Source of the DNA: Macrostomum lignano
Taxonomy: Eukaryota
DNA: 64,000 bases
Assembly (NCBI GenBank): GCA_002269645.1
Contig: NIVC01000649.1
Location: 1 to 64,000, forward strand
Direction: 5' to 3'
Both the position numbers and the translations under genes were made by a program. The notes beneath the pieces were generated by a model. The model did not search any database, had not been told where the DNA came from, and saw nothing but the letters and a program-made list of their open reading frames with translations. Numbering within the stretch: position 1 is the stretch's first letter; every line of letters starts with the position of its first letter. This document shows, piece after piece, positions 1 through 12,367 of the stretch.

Positions 1-1259
<1,259 letters not shown>

Positions 1260-2840
1260 TTATTACACGCAGATTTTTCATTGTCATTCCTAGGTTTTTA
1301 CTTCTAGTAGTCAGAATAGTACAATATCACATATATTAATATAGATATAGTTTCGTTGTGTGCAGACGCAAGGTAGAAATGATCAAATTCGTCCATTGCG
1401 CAACAGGTATTTAGCTCGTACATCACGGAAAGAATTGATCATCTTTTGCAGGTATTTCTTTTTCAAACAGCTGTAGCAACTATAACTATTTCTGTGCTAA
1501 ATGTACATCAACTTTGATTCCTATTGTACACTGGTCGTACAATTTGATGGGTCATTTTGATGGCAATGTGAATCAGCGTTTATAGTTCTCTATACGAATT
1601 TAGAGAATTTGTTTCCATTGTCTGTGCTTAAAAGATGCTAAAATTAATATGCGTGAGCTAGAAGAGAGTTGCCGCTATAAAGTTGTGCGAAATGACGTTA
1701 TTTGGATCATCAGAACAAGACATATTATGAGAAGTAACACTACTTTTTGGACAGCCTTCGTAGTGTATATTTTGCCGCTTGATTGATCGGACGTCGTGGC
1801 TCGACACAAACTGACAGGCGGGTCGTTGGTATGACATACCGTCGATTTATTTGACTAAGTGAAACGCGTTGCAGGTTTTGATAAGTTTGTCAATTTGACC
1901 AACATTGCTAACTTTTTAGGCGCTTTTCCAATGATTTGACTAACTTAATGTATTTGCGTGAATAATTTTTGCTTATTGGGCGCCCCGAAGGGGCATTGGA
2001 TTGCTAGTCACAATATACTAAATAACTAACTACAAAATAAATTTTTAGTTTAAATGGAGCTAAACAATAAACTTCAATACTGAAGTGCAGGGCCTTCTTA
2101 AAAGCTGTAGAACAAGATGCTTGAATATTCACCACAATGGCCGGCTTGTAAAACTGCATTCTTCAAGAGTATAACGCTGCACCACATTATAAAGAAATTA
2201 GTAAGGAAACCATCTAAATCGAGTTGACTTGAATAGTACGAGAAAAGTAAGTAAGGCGCAGGGCCTAAACTGGTTTATTTATAAGACGTTAACTTAAGGG
2301 CCGGGGTTGAGTCGATAATAAAAGGTTAATTTTCAAAACATAACGATGGTCGACTACCAATTGAACTTTGAATTAGGGTTAGGTAGAATCGAATTGTGAC
2401 TAGCCGCTTCTTCACTTGTTGTTCTTGTTCTTCGTTGGTTGCTATCGCAATTGTAGTTTTGAAACTGGGGAACTTTTAAAATTCTTGACATCCCCCTAGC
2501 TGCCGGAGCCCGGACAAGATTAAACAGTTTAAGATTGTTTAGTACCGTTTTCAGTGGATTTCAATAAAATATAAATGTTTTTCACCAAGCAATTTTACAC
2601 GCATACAGTAGAAAGTAAAAATTCTGATATCGACATTGAAGATTATCATAAAGCCTCCAGTTCATCAGGCTGATTAGTGATTAGCTACAGGTTGATAGTA
2701 GAAAAGCAACAGGCGCTTACTGCGTTGCGTACAAAATACAGACAGTCTATTGGAAGAAAATGCTATGAACGTAAGACAGGATTGACAAAAAAAGCGAATG
2801 AACAAGCAAAATTTGTGCGCATGTGAAAAATTGGTACGCA

Positions 2841-3157
2841 AATTAATAATAATTAATAAAAAAAATAGTATCACCTGCCCCAATGGGCAGATGTGCAACC
2901 GACAGCTAAGCCGCAGCTATTGCGCGGCGCATCTGAAGGCTGCGTACGGCTGTTCAGTCCAAGGACTGGGGGATCGCCCACCCACAACCCCCAATTACCC
3001 CAGCTAATGCTGGCACCCATTTTACAGTTGGGTGAACTGAAACAGTGCAAAGTTAAGTGTCTTGCTTCGGACATAAATTGTTCCAGTGGGATTGGGAATC
3101 GAACCCCCGACCTTCAAGTCGTGAATCCGACGCTTTAACCACTAGGCTACAACCCCC
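2841..3157 (-). mobile_element. tRNA-derived SINE with CORE-like central domain
   Basis: The minus strand starts GGGGGTTGTAGCCTAGTGGTTAAAGCG...GGTTCGATTCC, with Pol III A box TAGCCTAGTGG, B box GGTTCGATTCC and an imperfect cloverleaf. It continues GCAAGACACTTAAC...CACCCAACTGTAAAATGGG, resembling the MIR/CORE consensus GCAAGTCACTTAAC...CATCTGTAAAATGGG, and ends in a T/ATT-rich tail. Confidence 0.75.
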
Positions 3158-3404
3158 TAGTACGAGTACACAAATTGAAACATAAATAAGACATACGAGT
3201 ATGAAAATTGAAAATAAAACTTTGAGTTCCAACTAATCTGTGTTGGATACTTTACATTGCGTAACAGCTATCAGTCCCTTAATTGCTTAGTCAGTCGAGC
3301 AGTTATTAGCTCTTGTTGGGGGGGGGGGGAAGCACGAGCATCGTAGTGGAGTGAGTTGCTTGATGAGTTGCATTTGAATGAGTTTCATGCCCCTGAAGTT
3401 TAGA

Positions 3405-4481
3405 TTAAGCCCGCCGGTAATTATTCGATCCCCAGCCGCCGCCGTACTGATTCGAGTTCCTCTCGGCGTCCCTCCCTGTGTAATAGACTTCATCGTCGTC
3501 CTGTCCTCTATCTGGCCGTTTCGACTGCCGCTGCTGCTGCTGCTGCTGCTGCTGGCCTCGGCCGTTTCTGCCCGTTCGGCCATTGTTGTACCGTTTGTCG
3601 TACTGGGTCCAATCGGCCACCTCGTTGGCGTGGTGGGCGGTGTGGTACACCACCCCGGAGGCGACTAGGGCTGCGACTTGCACTATGATTGGGATAAAGT
3701 AGCACCCGACCGATAGTGAGATGACACTGTACACAGAGGTTGTCAATGTGCTGTAGCAACCCACAGCGTAAGAATATCCTTGATTGTAGGGGCACAGTTG
3801 GTTCTGCATGTAGTTTCGATAATTCAGCCAGTCGCTATTGTTAATCATTGTCTGCACATTGTTGTACATGCAACAGGCGGCTGGGATGCTGGCTGTGAGG
3901 CTGGTACCGTTGCCCAATGCATAAGAGCGATAGCCGTTGTACCAGACGCTGGCGTATGTCAAGTAGTTATTAGTGAAGTCCGTGTTGGAGTTGATGCCGC
4001 AGCATTTATTTTCCAGCATCAGCTTGTCAAAGATCAACGAATTTGGTTCGTTATGCGTGTAGCTGTAGGGCAAACCGACATAGTCGTCTTTCATGGAGTT
4101 TTCCAACGCCGTCTGCAAAGTAGTCTTTGTTGTAGGCCAACCAGCCAGAACCGTGATAGTCATTGGCAGTTCAACGAGCAGCAGGATGCACATGTAAACT
4201 ATGAAAGCTATTAGAAATGACTTCGATGGTCGGCAAGTTGCCGCCATGCAGATTGGAAGAGCGAAGACGCTGGCTAAACCGCACGGCACCAGAGTGAAAC
4301 CCGGTTGCAGCCCGAACAGGTTGCTCCCCTGGCTGTTGTAGTACAGACTGTTCGCGTAGCCCAGCAGAGTGCTGGTGTCGGCCAGGCACCAGATGCCAAC
4401 TCCCGCGAAGGCGAGGCCGAGAACGGCGAAAGCCCATGCCAGACCGACAAGGACTTTCTCTTCAGTGTCCAGAGTTCGCAT
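3405..4481 (-). CDS. Intronless tetraspanin (358 aa) with large EC2 and long polar C-terminal tail
   Basis: Four hydrophobic segments. The EC2 carries the CCG motif (NKCCG), a PxxCC motif (PAACC) and terminal cysteines (LCPY, GCY) before TM4. Confidence 0.9.
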   Translation of the reverse strand: MRTLDTEEKVLVGLAWAFAVLGLAFAGVGIWCLADTSTLLGYANSLYYNSQGSNLFGLQPGFTLVPCGLASVFALPICMAATCRPSKSFLIAFIVYMCILLLVELPMTITVLAGWPTTKTTLQTALENSMKDDYVGLPYSYTHNEPNSLIFDKLMLENKCCGINSNTDFTNNYLTYASVWYNGYRSYALGNGTSLTASIPAACCMYNNVQTMINNSDWLNYRNYMQNQLCPYNQGYSYAVGCYSTLTTSVYSVISLSVGCYFIPIIVQVAALVASGVVYHTAHHANEVADWTQYDKRYNNGRTGRNGRGQQQQQQQQRQSKRPDRGQDDDEVYYTGRDAERNSNQYGGGWGSNNYRRA

Positions 4482-5191
4482 TTTTGCGATCCGACTGCAG
4501 TTATACGTTAAAACTATTTGGCTGTCTCAGTTGGACGCGCTTACTAAATACAGCTCGATGTGTTGGCCTTTTCTCTTCTGTTTGTGTTCGTCAGTTGCCC
4601 TTGGAACCCGGAGAGCTGAGTGTTGGGGAGGCGGGGGGCACAGAGGGAGGGTGCGTGCGTAAGAGCCTGACACTTTGGGCTTCATATTCAATTGAAATTC
4701 ACAGCGTGGAGACTGAATAGATTTAGATGAAGAATTAAAATGAGCCAAGGGAAGGGGTTAGAGAGAGGGAGAGGTTTTTGTGTGCTGTGCTGCTCTGTGC
4801 ACACAACACTTGCTGTTGCTAACGGCGGGGGGGGGCTAAAAGACTCAGGCAAGATCGAGAGTGCGTCCATTCCTCTCAACTTTTGTGCATACGAGTATAC
4901 ATCTACATGTATGTTTATGCACTATGAAATAGTACGTCCGCTCAAAATGCCAATTCAAATGAGCAATGATATCACACGAAGGATTTACACACCTTGCAAT
5001 GTATTATGTACAAGACAGCTCGTCACACAAAAAATGGGTGTGTACATCGTTATTTAGCAAACTTCTTGAAGACATACAAAGTTGATTTTGTGAGAGAAAT
5101 ATCTGTGAATCAACCTTGGGGAAAAACATTCTCTCTGCAAGCGTCTTTTGAAAATATGGAATCTCGTGGGAAAAATAATTGTCAACTTCAG

Positions 5192-5717
5192 GGGGGTGTT
5201 TCTCGAAACTCACGTAAGTTCTATGGTAAGTTAGATCGTAAGAAAGAAATTTACGTGTAGCGTAAGTTTGCTCGTAAGACGCTTTCTCAAAACTCACTGA
5301 GACTTTGCGTGGCTTACGCTGTTCGTAAGTCGTATCTGAAACGAAAAGTTTCATGTCTATGGTCATAAATATGTAAATATCTTTACTTAGTCTATCGTAA
5401 GTTGCTTTCGAGAAAGACCCACCTTCGATAAAGTTTAACTTGACTTGGCTTGACTAAAGCTTCACGTACTATGCGATTAGTGCTTAAGTGCGTCTTACGA
5501 CTGATACCGAGCAGTCGTAGGGTTAAGATCAACCTTACGAAAGACCATAGACATACGAACGTTTCGAGAAACAGTCTTTTGAGCAAAGTTACGAACTCGT
5601 AAAGTTGCGATCAATCTTACGCATAGCTAACTTGCGAGCCCTTTGAGCAACCCGTAAGTGTAGCTTACCCAACTTACGTCTATGGTCGATCGTAAGTTGC
5701 TTTCGAGAAAGACCCCC
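5192..5717. mobile_element. Non-autonomous PIF/Harbinger-like MITE
   Basis: Imperfect TIRs GGGGGTGTTTCTCGAAAC (5192) and TTTCGAGAAAGACCCCC (to 5717), flanked by a 3-bp CAG direct repeat (5189-5191, 5718-5720). The interior has many CGTAAG/CTTACG subterminal motifs and a second right-end copy at about 5396-5420. Confidence 0.75.
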
Positions 5718-6085
5718 CAGAGAATTTTCAGAGAAAACCGGCCTTAAGTGAAGCCTAATGCTTGATCCGTTGAATAGTTCTCTGAAAACTATTTCACAAG
5801 CACTGCAACTGCAACTTTGTCTTTCGATTGCCCGACACGAAAGTCCCGAGCGCGCAATTTCACGTCTTGCAGGAAATCTTTCGCTTTCGCTGAAACCACC
5901 TTGGCAGTCAGGAAGTAAACAAAAGAATTTTAAATTCACTTCACGCCGACAAAGCCAAATCAGAAATCCTTAAAATTAATCCTTAGATAACCGACAAAGC
6001 CTGCGTGATTAAACTGCGAAATGAATAAAGCCGGAAATCTCTTTGTAACTTTCAAAAGGCATTCCAAGGCGCGTTCCAAAAGGCA

Positions 6086-6093
6086 TATATAAA
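6086..6093 (+). promoter_or_regulatory. TATA box of the small secreted-peptide gene
   Basis: TATATAAA about 80 bp upstream of the ATG at 6172. Confidence 0.5.
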
Positions 6094-6171
6094 CTTAGCT
6101 GCACCATGACTTGACGAATAACCGCCCCCCCCCCAAGAATCAGCGTCGAAAAATTGCTGAATAAAACTAAA

Positions 6172-6405
6172 ATGGCTTTGAGACAGATTTACCAAAGCGT
6201 TCTGCTTGTTGTTTCACTCATGGCTATCGCTCTCGCTTTCAATGTCGGTGTGATCGACGCAAGGCCTAGGACCGCTCCCGATGACGCCGCCACTACTGTT
6301 GAAGATTTGCCGAAGTATGGCGCGTTCCAAGACCAGGACTCCTACCAACTGCCGTCGTATTGCAAAATACTCTGGGGCTCAAGGAGGAAGCGAAGCTTAG
6401 ATTGA
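6172..6405 (+). CDS. Small secreted prepropeptide, neuropeptide/hormone-like (77 aa)
   Basis: MALRQIYQSVLLVVSLMAIALAFNVGVIDA is signal-peptide-like. It is followed by an acidic spacer and an RRKR convertase site near the C-terminus. There is a TATA box upstream and AATAAA at 6492-6497. Confidence 0.6.
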   Translation: MALRQIYQSVLLVVSLMAIALAFNVGVIDARPRTAPDDAATTVEDLPKYGAFQDQDSYQLPSYCKILWGSRRKRSLD

Positions 6406-7229
6406 CGCTGCGGAGGCTGATGCAGCGGTTTCGAATGCATGAACTGGGGCGCGCGATGATGATCTCACTTGCTAAACTACTAGCTAATTGCAATAAAAAT
6501 CATAGGCAATGATCGCAAATTTTTGCGAAACTGTTTGACGCACTTGTTTACGATCAATATGTTAACAGTTGCTTTTTTGCTTATTTGTTTTTAACTGCAT
6601 TCATTCCAAAATGTGTGATTAGGAAATTTTCTGCGTTTTGAATTTTCTGAACATCAGATCATGCAGAGTGGTCCCAAGTTTTAAAAATCTGGACTGGAGT
6701 GAAACCTAAAAAACCCTTCTTGCAAGGACGAACGCACACAGTGATGCGGTCTAAGCTCTCCACCAAACCTATAGGAAGCCCCGGACGCTCCAAAAACACA
6801 TAATTTTGACCTCGAATTGACAGCAATTATAATTCAGATAGATAGCTAGAGCTATGCTATAGAATTGCGAAGAACAAGAATACAGAAGACGCTTCGATTT
6901 CTTGAGTTGCCTTGTTGACACTGGATCGATTTAATGCAAAAGCACAGATTTGTCACCGACGTTAGATAAACGTCGGATCGGGAATGTCGGCCGGACGTCG
7001 GATTGCTGTACGGAGGCCCCAAATCCATCTCCGGCCCTACATGTAGCTCGATCTTAGCTCCGCCCCCGGCCATAACCATAAGTTTTTGGGAAAAATGGCT
7101 GGGTCAAGTTGGTTAATGGCCAGCAGCTCTGTACTTGCCTGAATAATTATAGCCCTTCACATCCTGTACAGCAATTCGACGTCGGATCTCCCTTCTATCA
7201 AAAGCAAAAACATTTTTATCTGGAAAAAA

Positions 7230-7760
7230 AATCACCCTATTGATGGGTTTCGACCTTTCAGGCCCCTTGTGAGGAAGCCTTCGGTCCTCAGGTCTCAGAA
7301 ATAAATCAATTAGAGTCCTGGCCCCCCACTCCTGTCAGATGGTCAGCCCCATGGTAGCTTGATCGTGTGGCGAGCAGTCTAGGTCCTATAGCTAAGAGAG
7401 GGACAGCGAGAGACAAGCAGGGAGAATTTTGAAGGTAGAAATTAGCTAATCCGCAGACTAAGCTAACTCGCTGCCACCAGCCCGTGCGTCCTGGCTCACC
7501 ACACCGGGACTCTCGAAATCGGGCTTCCGACTAGAAGGGGCTTTGCACTTACCTGCCAACTAGTGTCTTTTTGCTGTCAATCTCGAAGTCATAGCCGATA
7601 ATAAGGGACACTGCTGGGATTAGATCGCATTGGCCATGCAGGTACAGAGGGGACTTGTGCAGGGGATTCTTGCAGTGGCGAGTCTATGGGGTAGCTACAT
7701 GTACTATCACATTGCTAAATACGAAGATATGTACTTTTGGCCTTCAACGCGCCAACTAGC
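7230..7760 (-). mobile_element. Decayed dispersed repeat, possibly the GIY-YIG end of a Penelope-like retroelement (copy 1)
   Basis: Aligns by eye to 61480-61900, sharing CTGTCAGATGGT, GGGAGAATTT, CTAATCCGC and ACCTGCCAACTAGTGTCTT. Broken minus-strand translation gives NAI*..QCP..IG.TSRLT..RH, similar to the PLE endonuclease motif. Confidence 0.45.
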
Positions 7761-10700
7761 CTCTCATAGCGCTGATGATAGACTAACTCGAACTTCAGAG
7801 ACCGCATGATTCATTACCCGAGCCGCTTGGCTAACCTAGAGTGCACAAAGTACATCTCTGGCGCCGATTCTCCACTTCTGGCAGTTTTGCTCACTGATTT
7901 GATTGATTAATCGACTGAGAACTGCCTGGCCATTGGTCCACTGTGACCCGCGCCTACTAGCTTAGCTACTCATCTGAGCCATCGGCGAACAAAGAAATAA
8001 AACCGATAAAAATAACTATTAGATTTAACCTTCTCCTTATATCTCTTCACACCTCAGATTGAATTGGAGTTTCAGACTACTAGCAGTATTATTAAGTGAT
8101 TTCTGCCTCAGTAACAGCACTACTGAACAAAATGAGCAAAAGTGTGCGCCTAGTTCAGCTACTGAAACAGGGGACAGATAAGGGATCACCCAATCAAGCA
8201 AGTCTAGGTAGCCTCTCACCCAACCAATCAGAAACTCAACAGCCGGAGACAAGGTAATCCACAGTGACCGAATCGGCTTGATGCTTCGCAGCTGTAGACT
8301 CGGGATGATGCTGTCACGATCTTCGCTGATAGCTAGCAGGTGATGATCTTTGCTTGATGTTCGCTGCTGTCGACCGGGGGACTCGTCCTTGATGATGATG
8401 GGGGAAGTCGCAATCCGGGGATCAAGAAACGACGGTCGTGCTCCGGGAACCAGAAGTTGCGCGCTGGGCCCGAGCCAAAGTTGAGTCCGAGCGGGCCAAA
8501 AACTCCGGTTTAAATAGCCGCCAACTGGACCGCAGTTTGTTATAATGGAACACGTCGATTCTGATTGGCTGAGCCGTTTTGTTAAAATGAGCGCCGAATT
8601 TTCTGATTGGCTAAGCTTGTTGCTACCCAGAATCACGTGACCGAGAGATCCTATCAGTTCCCACAGGGTCGTAAAAAGATGACAGGTGCGGCCATAAATC
8701 ACTCAAAATCGCAACAAAATGATTTATGACCTTTCGCGTAGGTTTGACAGAAATTAATGAAAAAATATACAAGAAAGCTCTTATTAAATAGAAAGTGAAG
8801 ATAATGAAGAGAAAACGCTAATTGCTAATCCCAAAGTACTTTTAGGGGTAAAACGCATAGCTGTCAAAGCTGTCACACGCTTGAGTGAATCCGAACAATA
8901 GGCTCAGACCTCATTGATGGCCTGTCAAAATGATGAGAAAAAAGCTACCGCCCGCATCCTCTCAGACCATCTGGCGCCCGTCTCAACACTGAGTGAGGCG
9001 CGGGTGGCTGTCAGACCAGCTTCGAAAGCGATGATTTATGACCCCAAAAGCAATGCCTATGTTATTATGACTACTAGTATGACCAGACATTATATTTAGT
9101 ATAGATTTTGACAATTCGCAGAGAAAGGATAAAAATGCCCATCGCCCACTGTTAGTAGGCGAGTAAGTTTAGAGCCCATGTGCTAGCGCGGGATTTGGGA
9201 AAAGTGCGTCCTCATCACTATATTTTTCGGTATAAAACGGTACTTCGGTATTAAAGTTTTCCAAGAAACGTACATGTAGTTTCCGTCCTTGTACTTCACT
9301 AGTAGTCCTTGAATAGCGTACAATTAATGTGCATAGATCTGTCTGTCGAACTCTAGAAGCATATACAATATTTATTGCTTTGTATTGCCAACCCAATACT
9401 CGTACAGTAGTATATAAAAATCCACTATACTAACAATGGCACACCTCAATTGCAGTGTTTTGTTTTTTTTAATATTTAATTTAAGCATTGACTGGAGAAA
9501 AATTTAAATGGTACTAGTGTAGCATAATTAGAATGGTACACTTATTAGTAGTAAGAGTAGCATATATTTCGTTAAGAAAAGAAAAATTCAAGTCGTTTTC
9601 TTCAGGATATACATGTACATGTACAGTAGCATCATCATAAATATATATTTTTTTGTCATGATGGACATATTTGGCTATTAATATCTTTAATATTTTTACT
9701 GCTAACTGTAAACAACTGCAGTAGGGGTTACAAATAAAATACATTGGTATCTTCTGAGGAATTCAACAATGATGATGCTGATGCTTGAAGAGTCCTACTA
9801 TAGCATATGGCATAATCCAATGTATGATTACATAACTACTACAGATGCACATAGGTCGGTATGCATATTAACGACATGTATGTCCTAAACATGTAAGTGT
9901 ATGTGGGAGCTTTTAACAGCTTCACCAACATGTGACAGCATCAGCCACTGTTCAATGCTTTTATCTGTGGATAAGTAGACTGGTATATGTGCTTGGCTGG
10001 GGACCTGGGAATTCTCAGGGGATAGGGGACGTGGCTGGGGATGTGAGAACTGGCAATGGATAGACCTAGGATAGTGGCTGGGGATATGGTATAAGTTCAG
10101 ATGGACTGAAAAGACTTAAAAAAGCAGACACTTAGCGTAGATTCGAAGAATTGATGAAAAAGTCTGCAGTCAACTTTTACACAGATACAAATATAAAACA
10201 GCATACACACAAGAATGTATTTAGAAATTCACGTGCGCACTTTATTGTTTGGACAGAGCAAAAATAGCCAATAAGTAGGTCATACAACGTCCAAAAAAAT
10301 CTGTTGAAAGTACTCCATCTGAAAAAATATAAAATTTGTAGTTGTAGTTATTTGCGTAGAAATCTTAACTTTTGAATGGTTTCAAGTCGCATGTTTACAC
10401 ATACTACTTACTGTGGGACAATAAAAAACTAGAGTGCAGCGCGAGAACTCCTAGTATCAATGTACATCGAATGTACACCCGGGAATTGGCATTAGTTTGG
10501 AGAGCGCGAACTAAGAGAAACTATAATTAAAATAATTAAGATAACGATTGCTACTTTAGAAGGCGAACAAGACACAAAGCATAACAACTTAATGTTGTTT
10601 CAGTTATTGGAAAATAACGCAAGCATAACGCAACGTAGTGCCAATGTTTTACAAATACAAATGAATAGAAGATTAAAATAGATACAAACAACGGATACTG

Positions 10701-11556
10701 CTTCTGCTTGCAACAAGATAAAATCATTCCATTTATGGTGCTGATAAGCTTAATAAAAATATGAAGCTAAGGTGACGCACTTATTGAACTGTCTAATATA
10801 TTAATATATTGTTTTTTATCCAGCCACCGATATGTGTCGATAGCAAACTTTGTCCAAGACAAAAATAATATAATGGTTGAGAGTCTAGCATCACAATGGG
10901 GTCAAGCGTTAATTAATTAGTTAGTTAATCAACCGGATTAAGTAATAACAGAGCCAGTTATAGTTTGCAGGTGAATCTAGGTGAACGGTTGCTTGTTTAA
11001 GTCGATTTCGGTAGATCGTAGGCTCTGCAAGAATTCGCGACATAACCATAAATATAGTTTACTGCATTCTGTTGTACTCTTAGTTGACAGTGGACAGTAG
11101 AAGAAGCGATGGACAGAAGGGCGGCAGGAGCACTGGGATTAGAGATTATCTGTCTTCCCCGAGGGCTTGAGCATGAGTCTGAGCAAAAGGAAATCAGAGA
11201 ATTAACAAGATCGCGATGCAGGTGATCGGGCTTCAGTCAGTCTGATATATCAGGAAATCAGGATCAGATTATAAGATAAGAAGCCTCAGCCGATAAAGGA
11301 TTAAGGGTTGAACGGGATTTGCCTTGGATTTCATTTTATTATAACTTTTGCAGTACATATCGTAGGAGTACAGTGGCTTTCTGAGTTAGAGCTGGCGGGC
11401 ACATTAGCTTTCATTGCAACGGAAAATTTGTCAGACAAGTCGACTAGAGAAACTTCGAGACAGCCCATCGCAGTGAAGTACATGGTGTCAGACAAAGCTT
11501 TACTTTAATTGGACTCTATTCTGGCGCTTAAGGTTGGTAAGCCCTTTTCGTTACAG

Positions 11557-11660
11557 TAGGGGTCGGCAAACTCTCTGGCCTCAAGCCTCTCTATCCGGCC
11601 CTCAGGCCCTCAGGTCACTTGAAACTTCCCAATATCAATCTGGGCCGCTCAATTCTTGCG
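11557..11660 (+). mobile_element. Possible hAT-type terminal remnant
   Basis: TAGGGGTCGGCAAACT...ATCCGGCCC resembles hAT/Charlie left ends. No matching right end was found. Confidence 0.3.
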
Positions 11661-11689
11661 TCTCCTCTCAACTATCTCATCTATAATCT

Positions 11690-12125
11690 CATATTCCTCT
11701 CTTCCCTTCTCTCCTCTCGTGTCTCTCCTCTTCTCTCTCTTCCTCTCCTCTCCTCTCCCTTGTCTTCCTCTCCTCTCCTCTCCCTTCTCTTTCTCTCCTC
11801 TCCTCTGCCTTCTCTTCCTCTCCTCTCGTCTCCCTTCTCTTCCTCTCCTCTCCTCTCCTTTCTCTTCCTCTCCTCTCCTCTCCTCTCCCTTCTCTTCCTC
11901 TCCTCTCCCTTCTCTTCCTCTCCTCTCCCTTCTCTTCCTCTCCTCTCCCTTCTCTTCCTCTCCTCTCCCTTCTCTTCCTCTCCTCTCCCTTCTCTTCCTC
12001 TCCTCTCCATTCTCTTACTCTTCTCTCCATTCTCTTCCTCTCCTCTCCCTTCTCTTCCTCTCCTCTCCATTCTCTTACTCTTCTCTCCATTCTCTTCCTC
12101 TCCTCTCCCTTCTCTTCCTCTCCTT
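11690..12125. repeat. Polypyrimidine/polypurine minisatellite (CTTCTCTTCCTCTCCTCTCC, about 20-bp unit)
   Basis: Direct inspection. It generates the ERRG/LLSS low-complexity ORFs. Confidence 0.95.
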
Positions 12126-12367
12126 TTCTTTTATTTTGTCTTTGCTGTCTTCTGGCCCGCAGTCATGCGCTAGATTGTCGATCTTACCCTTCTGGAGATA
12201 AAAAGTTCACCAACCGTTGAATTACACCATCAGTCTGACACGGAATGAACGAGACTTTTAGATACGAATGATACTATCCAGAGCCCCAGACTGATCTAGG
12301 TAAAATAAGAATCTAATATAAGTTCTAACTGGCGTAAGAATTGACAAGTGAACAAGTTCCGGGTATC

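Noticed and set aside
3081-3157. Functional tRNA-Val(CAC) gene
   Set aside because: The T-stem is about 3 nt short, the anticodon stem is mismatched, and it continues into a SINE body and tail.
8037-8702. 221-aa minus-strand ORF
   Set aside because: No recognisable domain and an atypical start codon; more likely the non-coding part of a repeat element.
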